Counted from the first letter of the stretch, positions 1 to 9,179 are shown. The stretch is DNA of 32,000 nt from Candidatus Methylomirabilis oxygeniifera (GCA_000091165.1 FP565575.1:780001-812000); one strand, 5' to 3'. Translations and numbers: made by a program. The notes: generated by a model not told the origin, from the letters alone.

Positions 1-1
1 A

Positions 2-385
2 ACCTGGACCGACGGGAGTCCGGCCATTGCCATGTTTCGGGTCGGCCAAGCCTGTGAACTGCACGCGGAATTCGCCATGCATCCGTTTGTGCCCGATAAA
101 AGCCGCGAAATATCGGTAGATGTTACGGTCAATGGTCTGCTGCTGGATACCTGGGTCTTCCGCGGACCCGACAGTATCGAGTCGCGAATGCGTTGCGTGC
201 GCATTCCCGAGGAGGTCATCGGCGAGGACGGCGCAATCTGGTTGGCGTTTACCATCAAGAACTCTCGCTCACCAAAGCAGCTCGGCTTGTCGGACCTGGA
301 TCCGCGTTCGCTCGGAATCGGATTGCGTGAGGTGACGCTGCGAGCGTGGAATGCGTCCATGACCGCGAAATGTTGTGTGCATTAA
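2..385 (+). CDS. 3' end of a gene entering from the left edge; only a C-terminal beta-rich module of unknown function is visible
   Basis: The frame is open from base 2, with no stop before the track ATG at 32 (reads TWTDGSPAIAMFRVG...). It ends with ...PKQLGLSDLDPRSLGIGLREVTL, the same W-T/S-x-G start and P-x-x-L/F-G-x-x-D-x-R-x-L-G end as ORF 3366..3833. Confidence 0.5.
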   Translation, partial: TWTDGSPAIAMFRVGQACELHAEFAMHPFVPDKSREISVDVTVNGLLLDTWVFRGPDSIESRMRCVRIPEEVIGEDGAIWLAFTIKNSRSPKQLGLSDLDPRSLGIGLREVTLRAWNASMTAKCCVH

Positions 386-444
386 TTGAGTGTACAAGCA
401 CGTATGGTTTTGGCAGGGGCGAATTCTGTTTCGGAGATTGAGCG

Positions 445-1686
445 ATGACTGACCCATTGCCAGACGAGCTATCGGAAGCCGAACGGGCCCGGCGCGCCTT
501 GATCCAATGGTCTCTGGACAAGAGCCACGTGAGACTCGGTAATATGGCCCGCTGGCACAAAGGGACGACTTATCGTCGCATGCCAGACAAGACACAACTA
601 AGCGCCATGGGCATGGATGCGCTGGGCGACGGCTGGTTGCCGGCCGAACCGCTGATTACCCCGGAGACGCGCGTGCTGGCGATCGGCAGTTGCTTCGCGC
701 GATATTTTATCCTCTGGCTTGCAGAACACGGCTTCAACAAAGCGGCCCCACAGTCGCCCTACAATGCGTTGCTGCGGTTTGGCTCCGATTTTGTAAGCCC
801 CGCCGTGGTTGCTCAGCAATTCCGCTGGGCGTTCGACGAACTGGATGACAAGGACGTTCTTTGGATCGGCAAGGATAAGAATATATTTGAGGCGACCGAG
901 GAGCGGCGCCAACTGGTGCGGGATACCTTGTTAGGGACCGAGGTTCTGCTTCTCACCTTGGGGCTGTCGGAGGTCTGGTACGACCGTGTTACAGGCGAAC
1001 CCTTGTGGCGGGCGCTTACGGAGGATCAGTTCGATCCCGAGCGCCATATCTTCCGGGTAGAGACGATGGCGCAAACGCTGCATTATTTGGAGACGATCGA
1101 GCGCTTGCGCGCGCAACACGTCCCAAACATGACGATCATATATACCGTCTCGCCGATTCGTCTCGCGGCGACGTTTCGGCCGGTATCCGCGTTGACCGCT
1201 AGCAGCGCCTCGAAGGCGATTGTGCGCGCGGCCCTGGACGAATTTCTGCGCAATCACCAGGACGGCTTACACCGAAACCTGTTCTATTTTCCGAGCTACG
1301 AACTCGTGACCGAATATTTTGTCGACCCCTACGAACATGATAATCGTCACATTTCGTCTACAGTGGCGGCAGGCATCATCCGTTACTTTGTCGCACACTA
1401 CTGTTCGGCTGACATGATCGAGCGTTCCGGGCGATCTTTGAATGATCTTGAGGGTGCAGGGCAGGATCTGGAGCGGTTCATTCAACAATCAAGAATTGCT
1501 GGTACCGACCCGCGGTCTGGCGAACTACTGGCTCGCATCGCCGAATTAGAGGGTAAGGTGGTCGACCTGCAGAAAATCTGCGATGAGCGGCAGGAAGTCA
1601 TCGTGGGTCTCGATCAGGCGGCGCGGGAACGGCTGGATCTCATTCACCGTCTCGACGCCGAGGTCAAGCGGATTCAAGGGCGGTGA
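445..1686 (+). CDS. GSCFA-family protein (SGNH-like hydrolase fold, function unknown) with C-terminal coiled coil
   Basis: 413-aa ORF carrying the eponymous motif LAIGSCFARYF. The C-terminal roughly 60 aa are heptad-rich and charged (ELLARIAELEGKVVDLQKICDERQEVIVGLDQAARERLDLIHRLDAEVKRIQ). Third codon positions are GC-rich. Confidence 0.8.
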   Translation: MTDPLPDELSEAERARRALIQWSLDKSHVRLGNMARWHKGTTYRRMPDKTQLSAMGMDALGDGWLPAEPLITPETRVLAIGSCFARYFILWLAEHGFNKAAPQSPYNALLRFGSDFVSPAVVAQQFRWAFDELDDKDVLWIGKDKNIFEATEERRQLVRDTLLGTEVLLLTLGLSEVWYDRVTGEPLWRALTEDQFDPERHIFRVETMAQTLHYLETIERLRAQHVPNMTIIYTVSPIRLAATFRPVSALTASSASKAIVRAALDEFLRNHQDGLHRNLFYFPSYELVTEYFVDPYEHDNRHISSTVAAGIIRYFVAHYCSADMIERSGRSLNDLEGAGQDLERFIQQSRIAGTDPRSGELLARIAELEGKVVDLQKICDERQEVIVGLDQAARERLDLIHRLDAEVKRIQGR

Positions 1687-1689
1687 CGG

Positions 1690-1890
1690 ATGCATTCTTG
1701 GTGTGCTATGCTTATTTGCCGAATATCATTCGCGCTGGCCGGCTTCCTCGGTATGCGATGGTGGCGTGGTAACTCCCGCTCTGGCAATGATCGAGCCGGC
1801 TTTTCCATCTTTTATCAATTTTCGGCTGCTTATGTAGGTGCCATTGTGGTCATGCCCCGCAATCCATTAGAAGCGCCCGATAGAAGATGA
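1690..1890 (+). CDS. small hypothetical ORF (66 aa) filling the GSCFA / radical SAM gap; candidate small membrane protein or peptide substrate
   Basis: The ATG lies 3 nt after the upstream TGA (1684-1686), and the stop overlaps the downstream ATG as ATGA (1887-1890). It has two hydrophobic stretches. GC3 is only about 47% by my count and no clear SD is present, so coding status is uncertain. Confidence 0.25.
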   Translation: MHSWCAMLICRISFALAGFLGMRWWRGNSRSGNDRAGFSIFYQFSAAYVGAIVVMPRNPLEAPDRR

Positions 1891-3224
1891 GCCCCGAGTT
1901 CATGTCAGTCGAGTTTCCGTGGAGCGTCGCACGGGATGCGGGGGTCGACATCGCGCTCAAGAAACCGTGGCTCGTCGGATCCAACCACCACTTTCTGCGT
2001 TTCGACTTCTACCCGCTTTTGTCCCCGTCGCACCCGAGCCGGCATCTGGCCTACTTCGACCTGCCTTTGGCAGACCTGGGCGGCCAGAACCTCCGGGCGA
2101 CCTTGTCGGGGAAGGTGTTGATTGTCAGCGACGCGATCCGATCGCACGCGGTCGGCGCAGTGTGGCTCGGGTCCCTGCCCTTCGCCGGCTACTGTCGGCT
2201 GACAGTGTCTCTCTGGAGCACTGAAGGTAACGCGCCCCGACAGATCGAGGCGATCATATCGGGGCCCATGATACTGTCCAGAGACGCGGACATGCCCTTG
2301 GAACGGATCATGGTGGCCATCACCCAGCGTTGCAACCTGAGTTGCCAGATGTGCACGCGGCAACAGGGAGCCGATTTCGATCAGACCGACATCCCATCCG
2401 ATGTCCTGGCGGCGCTGCTCGATGCGGCGTCCGAGTCGGTCTACGTCGGCCTGCAGGGGTTGGGCGAACCGCTTATGCACCGCGGTCTGTCCGGAATCGT
2501 CAGATCATTTCGCGCCCGGATACCCTCCGTCGGTCGTATCGCGCTCACCACCAACGGCACGGCATTGACCCGCGACCGCTCGGCACAACTGATTGCGGAA
2601 GGGCTGAACAGCATTACCGTGTCGATGGACGGCGCGACAAAGGCGAGCTATGAAGCGCGTCGAACCGGCGCCGACTTCGATCTGGTGATCAGGAATATTG
2701 CTGCTGCCGCCTCCTGCGTCCGAACGAGCGGCCGAGACGACGTCTGGATTGCCGCCAACTACATCATGGATCCGGGCAATCTGGCCGAGGTACCAGACTT
2801 CGTGCGACTCGCGGCCTCTCTCGGCCTGTGTGCGGTAAGTTTTTTCCACGGCCGCCTATATCCCGACATGCGGCTTGCCCCGCTGGATGTGCACGAGCTT
2901 TCTAAAATTCGGGTCGAAGCCCAGCGGGTCGGCGTGGACACCGGTGTAAATGTTCGCTTCGCGCGCTCCCGATCGACGCCGCCACCGCAGTGCCCGTTCA
3001 TGAACAGCGCCTATCTGTGGCTCACCGGCGAAGTCGTCGCCTGCGATCGAATGGAACCGCCCGGTCGACCATGGCCGACCCGTATCTTTGGCAACGTCCG
3101 CGAATCGCCGCTCGCTGAGATCTGGAACCGTCCCGAGTACCGGGCGTTCCGACAGGGAGTACTTTCGGAAAACCTGCCAGACGAATGCCGCGGCTGCACC
3201 TTCTGCGACAGTGTGGTCTGTTGA
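1887..3224 (+). CDS. radical SAM / SPASM-domain enzyme with a roughly 140-aa N-terminal extension
   Basis: CX3CX2C cluster motif in ITQRCNLSCQMC and Gly-rich GLQGLGEPL. The Cys-rich C-terminus is SPASM-like (CPFMNSAYLWLTGEVVACD...GNVRESPLAEIW...CRGCTFCDSVVC). The N-terminal extension has strongly GC-rich third positions, so it is translated. Confidence 0.85.
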   Translation: MSPEFMSVEFPWSVARDAGVDIALKKPWLVGSNHHFLRFDFYPLLSPSHPSRHLAYFDLPLADLGGQNLRATLSGKVLIVSDAIRSHAVGAVWLGSLPFAGYCRLTVSLWSTEGNAPRQIEAIISGPMILSRDADMPLERIMVAITQRCNLSCQMCTRQQGADFDQTDIPSDVLAALLDAASESVYVGLQGLGEPLMHRGLSGIVRSFRARIPSVGRIALTTNGTALTRDRSAQLIAEGLNSITVSMDGATKASYEARRTGADFDLVIRNIAAAASCVRTSGRDDVWIAANYIMDPGNLAEVPDFVRLAASLGLCAVSFFHGRLYPDMRLAPLDVHELSKIRVEAQRVGVDTGVNVRFARSRSTPPPQCPFMNSAYLWLTGEVVACDRMEPPGRPWPTRIFGNVRESPLAEIWNRPEYRAFRQGVLSENLPDECRGCTFCDSVVC

Positions 3225-3365
3225 AACGTCGAGCCCGAGCACCGCGATGCTTGGGCTCGTTGACCTCGCCTTTATACCCAACCATCATGGGAAGCCTACA
3301 AACGAAAGATTGGTGGGCAGTAGCCGGTCGAGTACGTCGCAGAGCATGCGGCCGTATCCGGACCG

Positions 3366-3833
3366 GTGCTGCCCGAGCTATACCACTACAGGTTCGACGA
3401 GATTCCTGAGGAACGGCTCATCGGCTTTCACGCCTTGGAACAATGGAAGGAGGAATCGTTTCGCTGGTCCGGCCCGGTGGCGACGGTTCGTGCGAGTCTC
3501 CTGAAGGCCTCGTACGAGGTCCGGATCGATACCCGATCCCTGCGAAGGGCTCCTGTCCCGCTCTGTCTTGGTGTGTTCTTTAACCGTTACGAGCTACCCG
3601 CGTCATCCGTTCGGTTCAAAGACGGCGTCGTATCGTTTTTGATTCAACCGTCTCTGTTTGTGGACGGTCTCGGGCAAGGACTGATCCTGACCTGCAATCC
3701 CGTGCGGCCATTGGAGTTCGGGGTACCGGATCATCGCGATCTGGGTCTGCCGATCTTCTCGATCGTTTTTCAGCAAGTCGACGAGGAAATCGAGGATGGC
3801 AGCCACGCGGCAAGTCAAGAACGTCGTATGTGA
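3366..3833 (+). CDS. stand-alone copy of the recurrent beta-rich module (hypothetical protein, 155 aa)
   Basis: GTG start. Contains GFHALEQWKEESFRWSGPVATVRASL ... VFFNRYEL ... PLEFGVPDHRDLGLPIFSIVF, which aligns by eye with the C-terminus of ORF 2..385. No catalytic domain is attached. Confidence 0.5.
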   Translation: MLPELYHYRFDEIPEERLIGFHALEQWKEESFRWSGPVATVRASLLKASYEVRIDTRSLRRAPVPLCLGVFFNRYELPASSVRFKDGVVSFLIQPSLFVDGLGQGLILTCNPVRPLEFGVPDHRDLGLPIFSIVFQQVDEEIEDGSHAASQERRM

Positions 3834-4005
3834 GAGAGTAGGTTATTATAGCTAATGCTATCGCATATACGTAGCAACGATATAATCGTGATATATACGG
3901 TGGTAATGCGATAAAAACAGGTATCAATGATAAAAGGCGCAGTACGTCAGTGTCACCGAGCAACAGAGAAATTCGACTTGACTCCCTACTCCGTTTCCAA
4001 GAGAA

Positions 4006-4014
4006 TGCTATAAT
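4006..4014 (+). promoter_or_regulatory. extended -10 promoter element (TGcTATAAT)
   Basis: Exact TGnTATAAT at 4006-4014 inside the AT-rich 3840-4030 spacer, upstream of the fcl remnant and hicBA. No good -35 at correct spacing (a TTGACT lies 25 nt upstream). Confidence 0.3.
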
Positions 4015-4031
4015 ATCGGGGGGATAGGTAA

Positions 4032-4313
<282 letters not shown>

Positions 4314-4424
4314 GTGGTCTTCGGCAGCTCAACGAAGCCGCCCTGGAGCGTCTCGTTGCTGTGAGTCGCCTGGGGATGGGCGGAAGGCTGCGGCTCAGTT
4401 GAGCTTTGGTGAAGGAGAGATGGT

Positions 4425-4670
4425 ATGCTTGCCGAGTATATCGATAAGGCGATGGAACAAGCTGTGTACGAGATCATCGAGGATGAGCGAACCTACTGGG
4501 GCGAGATTCCTGGTCTTCAAGGCGTGTGGGCACGTCATGCCACCTTGGAGGGATGCCGGCGTGAACTCCGCGAGACCGTGAGCGACTGGATTGCCTTGCG
4601 TTTGAGACTGGGTCTGCCGATTCCCGTCTTGGCCGGCATTGATTTGAATCAAATAACACAAGCTGCGTGA
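4425..4670 (+). CDS. hicB: HicB-like (UPF0150) type II antitoxin, short form
   Basis: 81 aa, ...YEIIEDERTYWGEIPGLQGVWARHATLEGCRRELRETVSDWI..., typical of the HicB N-terminal fold. It directly abuts the HicA-like ORF. Confidence 0.7.
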   Translation: MLAEYIDKAMEQAVYEIIEDERTYWGEIPGLQGVWARHATLEGCRRELRETVSDWIALRLRLGLPIPVLAGIDLNQITQAA

Positions 4671-4898
4671 GTGTCGCCAATGCCCCCGTTGGCGCCCGTC
4701 TCCTGGCGCGAACTGGTGAAACGGTTTCGGGAACTCGGTTTTGAAGGGCCGTATGCCGGTGGACGGCATCCCCAAATGCGACGGGTGGATGTGACCGTGG
4801 TTATCCCAAATCAACACGAAGGCGATATCGGCGTGGGGCTCTTGCAACGCATACTCCGTCAAGCTGGAGTATCCCGAGACGAGTGGCTAGGGCAATGA
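4671..4898 (+). CDS. hicA: HicA-family mRNA interferase toxin
   Basis: 75 aa, SWRELVKRFRELGFEGPYAGGRHPQMRR...VVIPNQHEGDIGVGLLQRILRQAGVSRDEW matches the YcfA/HicA pattern (G-x-H ... IP.H..i..G.l..IL.qaG). GTG start immediately after the hicB stop (alternative ATG at 4680). Confidence 0.75.
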   Translation: MSPMPPLAPVSWRELVKRFRELGFEGPYAGGRHPQMRRVDVTVVIPNQHEGDIGVGLLQRILRQAGVSRDEWLGQ

Positions 4899-4966
4899 GC
4901 GTATTGCTCGACAACGCTGCTTCAGATGTGACCATCCCTCCGGCTGCGGTTGTCGGCGGGATCGGG

Positions 4967-5059
4967 GCCGAACGCGAGTTCGGGTTCAAGGCTGCGACGT
5001 CGTTCGAGGTGGGATTGCGAAAAACCATTGAGTGGTATAAGGGCGCTCTCCCTTCATAA
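4967..5059 (+). pseudogene. fcl: second, shorter fcl 3'-end fragment (last roughly 30 codons)
   Basis: Translates [30 protein letters not shown]. About 70% nt identity by hand alignment to 4176-4250 of the first remnant. Confidence 0.6.
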
Positions 5060-5215
5060 GTCAGACAACGCAATCATGTGGAACCGTACGATTGCGAGGG
5101 CCCGGACGAGTACAGACTCGATCCACAAAACGAAGGGATTCCTTACTCCTGGGTGCCACGGGACCGATAACGGGTCCAGGTGACCTGTTCGGTCGAGTAA
5201 GGCAGGAAATCATCC

Positions 5216-6172
5216 ATGTCAAGCGACCAACCGCTCGTAACAATCGTTCTCCCGGCTCACAACCGGAGTAATGTCCTGGCATACGCCATTCGCTCGGTCC
5301 TCTACCAGACCTATCCGAACTTCGAGCTGATCGTTGCTGGGGACGGCTGCACCGACGATACCGCGGCCGTTGTTGAAGGATTCAAGGACTCACGGATTAC
5401 CTGGCTCGACCTTCCCAAGGGGTTCGGCTATGGGTATGAAAACCGAAACCGCGCATTGGAACGCGCCAGGGGTGAGTTGATCGCCTATCAGACGCACGAT
5501 GACCTCTGGTTCCCCGACCACCTGTCGTTGCTCGTTACGACCATCCTACGAGATGAGGGTGAGGTTGTGTATTCTCTTCCGATCCATGTTCTGCAGGATG
5601 GGACGGTATTTCAGCATCCATGCGACGTGCGACTTCCCTACTATCGGGAGATGCTGCTCAACGGAGATAATCGCATCGCGAGTATCAACCTCATGCACAG
5701 GCTGAGTGTCGTACGCGACGTGGGTGGCTGGGACGGACGACTCGCACGAAACGGCGTAATGGAGTACTGGCAGCGAATGCTCAAGATGGGAAAGAAGTTC
5801 TCCTACGTCCCAGTCCCAACGGCCTTGGGCTTCTTTGCCTCTCTTCGACCTCATGCGTATCGGGATCGCGATGAGCACGAACAGCGGGCCTACTACGAGC
5901 AGATCGTGGCCGACCCCGGTTGGGTGCACAACTTTCGACAACGGATGGCGGGAGATCTGGGGCGGAGATTTATGGAGCAGGAGGCCAATCTGGCGGCGCG
6001 ACTGGCCGTAATTAACGAATTGACGACTGCCGTACGCGCCTTCGAAGTAGACCGCACGGCGTTACTGAATAGATTAGCTCAGCTTGAGAACAGTGTGCCC
6101 TTCAGGCCCTTCGAATTGTTCCGGAACGTGGCTCGGCGCCTGGCGAATAGGCGTCAGGAGACAACAGGATAG
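5216..6172 (+). CDS. family 2 glycosyltransferase with C-terminal coiled coil
   Basis: [42 protein letters not shown] and HDD (DxD-like) motifs. The C-terminal tail is heptad-like ([38 protein letters not shown]). Confidence 0.85.
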   Translation: MSSDQPLVTIVLPAHNRSNVLAYAIRSVLYQTYPNFELIVAGDGCTDDTAAVVEGFKDSRITWLDLPKGFGYGYENRNRALERARGELIAYQTHDDLWFPDHLSLLVTTILRDEGEVVYSLPIHVLQDGTVFQHPCDVRLPYYREMLLNGDNRIASINLMHRLSVVRDVGGWDGRLARNGVMEYWQRMLKMGKKFSYVPVPTALGFFASLRPHAYRDRDEHEQRAYYEQIVADPGWVHNFRQRMAGDLGRRFMEQEANLAARLAVINELTTAVRAFEVDRTALLNRLAQLENSVPFRPFELFRNVARRLANRRQETTG

Positions 6173-6225
6173 GCTGGAGGGATGAAGAAAGACCGGATAT
6201 TCGCCGGACTGATTGCGATCAAGCG

Positions 6226-6798
6226 ATGAACGCGAACGGTTACGGGTTCACCTTGTGGTTTACCGGCCTTTCCGGATCGGGCAAGACGACCTTGGCTCGT
6301 CTGGTGGAACGGGAATTGCTGACCAGAAAACTGAAAGTTGAAGTGCTGGATGGCGATGTGGTTCGCCAGAATCTCTCAAAGGGGTTAGGCTTCAGCAAGG
6401 AAGACCGCGATACGAATATCAGGCGGATCGGCTTTGTCTGTAACCTGCTTGGCCGTAATGGGGTCATCGCCATCGCTGCGGCTATATCGCCCTATCGCAC
6501 TGTACGCGACCAGGTCCGCGCCTCTCAAGACAGCGGCCGCTTCGTCGAGGTGTTCCTCGATTGTCCGATCGAGGCGTGTATTCAACGCGATGTCAAGTCG
6601 CTGTATCGGAAAGCCCTCACCGGCCAGGTTGAGAACTTTACCGGAGTATCCGATCCATATGAGCCTCCTGAACACCCCGAGGTTGTTCTCCACACTGACC
6701 AGGAGACCGAGGAGCAGAGTACAGCAAAGATTTTGGCGTGGTTGGAAGAGAGGGGCTATGTGCTACCCAACGTGATGACGGATGCCTCACATCAATAA
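6226..6798 (+). CDS. cysC: adenylylsulfate (APS) kinase, makes PAPS
   Basis: P-loop in [46 protein letters not shown] and AAISPYR motifs. The 190-aa length is typical of stand-alone CysC. Confidence 0.9.
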   Translation: MNANGYGFTLWFTGLSGSGKTTLARLVERELLTRKLKVEVLDGDVVRQNLSKGLGFSKEDRDTNIRRIGFVCNLLGRNGVIAIAAAISPYRTVRDQVRASQDSGRFVEVFLDCPIEACIQRDVKSLYRKALTGQVENFTGVSDPYEPPEHPEVVLHTDQETEEQSTAKILAWLEERGYVLPNVMTDASHQ

Positions 6799-6852
6799 TG
6801 CACTATGTTTTGAAGACTCACAGAATCGCCTTAGGCAGCGAGTGGTATTCTT

Positions 6853-9072
6853 ATGATTCTAGATAAGGAAGAACTCATATTCATACATATTCCACGCACA
6901 GGTGGGACGAGCATAGAGGTAGCACTCGCCGGAAAAGACTGGTGGCTTATTGATCCAGAAACAAAGCATCTCAGCGCAAGTATGTCCAGGAAACTTGTTG
7001 GAGAGAAGAAATGGAGTCGGTACTTTAAGTTCGCAATAGTAAGGAATCCTTTCGATAGAATAATTTCAATGTATGCAACTGGTTGGTGGTGGAAGGCGGG
7101 CTCCAATTTCAATAACACCCGCCCCCCGTCACTCAGAGAGTTCGTTGAAAGGCTTTCTCTGCATCCGTCTGAAAAGTCCAACTCGAAGTTTTACTACCAG
7201 ATTTTGGATGAACAACTGAATTTTGTTGGTAGGTATGAGAGTCTGGAAGTAGATTTCCAGTACATATGCAATCGTGTCGGGTTATCGGTTAAAACGCTGC
7301 CTCACGTTGAAAGAAGAGTAAGAGAGCATTACTCCGTTTACTACGATGAGGAAACGGCTGATAGGGTTGCTCAAATATATAAAACAGATATTGCATTGTA
7401 TGGGTATAGTTTCGATAGAAGATTCAATTTTGATCCAGAGGCAATCAAAAGATTAGGGGCCGTGATCGAACAGCGGGAAGCCCTCGAGGCTGTGACGGCC
7501 GACCGTGATAGTTGGGAGGCCCGCTACCAGGGGCTTGCGACCGAAGCAGAGCGCCGACGGGAGGCGCTGGAGGCTGTGACGGCCGACCGCGATGCCTGGG
7601 AGACCCGCTACCAGGGGCTTGCGACCGAGGCAGAGCGCCGACGGGAAGCCCTCGAGGCTGTGACGGCCGACCGTGATAGTTGGGAGGCCCGCTACCAGGG
7701 GCTTGCGACCGAGGCAGAGCGCCGACGGGAGGCGCTGGAGGCTGTGGCGACACAATTGGATGCGGTGACTCAAAGGTTTTCCTCAACAATTCCGGAAGAG
7801 CCAGGGACATCGGATGAACAGGGTGCGGAAAGTCAACTTGCGCCAAAGCCCGCAGCTCCTCCCTACGCCACTGTGACCCCGGTAGGTCCCCTGGTGTCGA
7901 TTATCACGCCGTCGTATAACCAGGGCCGTTTTATCGAAGAAACCATCCTGAGTGTCCTGACCCAGGATTACCCCAACATTGAGTATATTGTCATGGATGG
8001 CGGCTCAACCGACAACACCTTGGATATCCTGAAGAAGTACGAAGGGCGGCTCACCTGGATCTCCGAGGCTGATCGGGGCCAGTCGCACGCCATCAACAAG
8101 GGCTTCCAAATGGCGAAGGGCGAGGTCCTGGCCTGGCTGAACTCCGATGACACCTACCTTCCGGGAGCGATCAGTAAAGTCGTACAACATCTCCATACCC
8201 ACCCCGAGGCGATGATGGTGTACGGGGAGGGATACCTCATCGACGAGCAGAGCCGTATCACGAGGCGGTTTCCGTATACAGAGGCGTTCAACCTGTGGAA
8301 GCTTATCTATCTGTGGGATAACATTCTTCAGCAGGCGGCTTTCTTTCGACGCCAGGTCTTCGATCGTATCGATCTGCTGGACGAGAACCTTCACTACGGA
8401 ATGGATTGGGATTTGTGGATCAGGATCGGCAAGAAGTTCCGAGTCGATTACATCCCGGAGTATCTGGGCAATCTTCGCGAATACTCGGAAGCCAAGACCT
8501 TTTCCGGGGGCACTACGCGCTTTAATGAGCTGGTATCCTTGATGAGGCGGCATGGGAATCGGCGATTCCCTCCAGGATATTTTACCTATGGCTTCGGTAC
8601 CTACAACAGACGTGTGTTTGGCCGCCTGGCGCATCAATATCCACACGCGTACCGGTTCTTATTTTCGATGCCACGCCTGTTAGGCCAGCGCGTCTGCAGC
8701 CTGATAACACGCTATCTGGTGAACCATTCCCAGGGGTACTACAGTGACGGTTGGGCCTCGCCGAAAGCCCATTTCTCGCTGGCGAATCTCGGCCAGGTGT
8801 CTTCCCTGAGACTTGAGGGCGAACTTCCCAACTTGCGGCCCGACTACCGGACCGCGATCCGCGCCAAGCTCAACGGCCGCCCCATTGGAGATCCGATTAC
8901 CGTCGTTCCGGGAAACTTTACACTGGAATGGGTCATCCCGCAGGAGATGCGATCCTCAGACGTATTTGAGGTGACACTGCTCTCAACTCGCTGGCATCGC
9001 CCCTCACTGACCGGCGCTAATGCCGATCGCCGCAGGTTAGCCTACCGAGTGACGCGGATTTCTGCCGAGTAG
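6853..9072 (+). CDS. multidomain sulfotransferase (family 2) / tandem-repeat coiled coil / GT2 glycosyltransferase / C-terminal DGW module
   Basis: N-terminal domain: PAPS 5'-PSB motif IHIPRTGGTS, RNPFDRIISMY and GRYESLEVDF. Residues about 208-300: three 28-aa repeats. GT2 domain: VSIITPSYNQGRFIEETILSVLTQDYPNIEYIVMDGGSTDNT ... LNSDD. C-terminal module: YYSDGWASPKAHFSL ... ADRRRLAYRVTRI. Confidence 0.85.
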   Translation: MILDKEELIFIHIPRTGGTSIEVALAGKDWWLIDPETKHLSASMSRKLVGEKKWSRYFKFAIVRNPFDRIISMYATGWWWKAGSNFNNTRPPSLREFVERLSLHPSEKSNSKFYYQILDEQLNFVGRYESLEVDFQYICNRVGLSVKTLPHVERRVREHYSVYYDEETADRVAQIYKTDIALYGYSFDRRFNFDPEAIKRLGAVIEQREALEAVTADRDSWEARYQGLATEAERRREALEAVTADRDAWETRYQGLATEAERRREALEAVTADRDSWEARYQGLATEAERRREALEAVATQLDAVTQRFSSTIPEEPGTSDEQGAESQLAPKPAAPPYATVTPVGPLVSIITPSYNQGRFIEETILSVLTQDYPNIEYIVMDGGSTDNTLDILKKYEGRLTWISEADRGQSHAINKGFQMAKGEVLAWLNSDDTYLPGAISKVVQHLHTHPEAMMVYGEGYLIDEQSRITRRFPYTEAFNLWKLIYLWDNILQQAAFFRRQVFDRIDLLDENLHYGMDWDLWIRIGKKFRVDYIPEYLGNLREYSEAKTFSGGTTRFNELVSLMRRHGNRRFPPGYFTYGFGTYNRRVFGRLAHQYPHAYRFLFSMPRLLGQRVCSLITRYLVNHSQGYYSDGWASPKAHFSLANLGQVSSLRLEGELPNLRPDYRTAIRAKLNGRPIGDPITVVPGNFTLEWVIPQEMRSSDVFEVTLLSTRWHRPSLTGANADRRRLAYRVTRISAE
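7474..7746 (+). repeat. in-frame tandem repeat, 84-bp unit x about 3.25 (copies at 7474, 7558, 7642, partial 7726)
   Basis: Copies 1 and 3 differ at one synonymous base (gaa/gag). Copy 2 and partial copy 4 share an alternative codon set (cgggaggcgctggag), so the latest duplication unit is 168 bp. Encodes REALEAVTADRD(S/A)WE(A/T)RYQGLATEAERR. Confidence 0.9.
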
Positions 9073-9179
9073 GCGATTGCTCACACGGCGCATTGCTATG
9101 AACGAGTCCGGAAGCAATTCGGCGGGAGACGCACGCCGCAGCACTGCGAGCGGAAACGAGCCAAAGAGAGGTGTGTGTG

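Noticed and set aside
7474-7746. Possible CRISPR array, because of the regular repeats.
   Set aside because: The repeats are contiguous with no spacers, are in frame within a 739-aa ORF, are 84 bp long, and no cas genes are present.
7445-7846. Two repeat-containing - strand ORFs (133 and 106 aa), Pro/Gly/Ser-rich.
   Set aside because: They are antisense read-throughs of the 84-bp tandem repeat. Their periodicity simply mirrors the + strand repeat, which lies inside a long, motif-supported ORF.
8005-8646. 213-aa - strand ORF. Similar antisense ORFs occur at 1905..2480, 2856..3281, 14001..14531, 21402..21845, 22335..22775 and 26310..26837.
   Set aside because: All lie antisense to or out of frame with motif-supported genes and have biased, motif-free translations.
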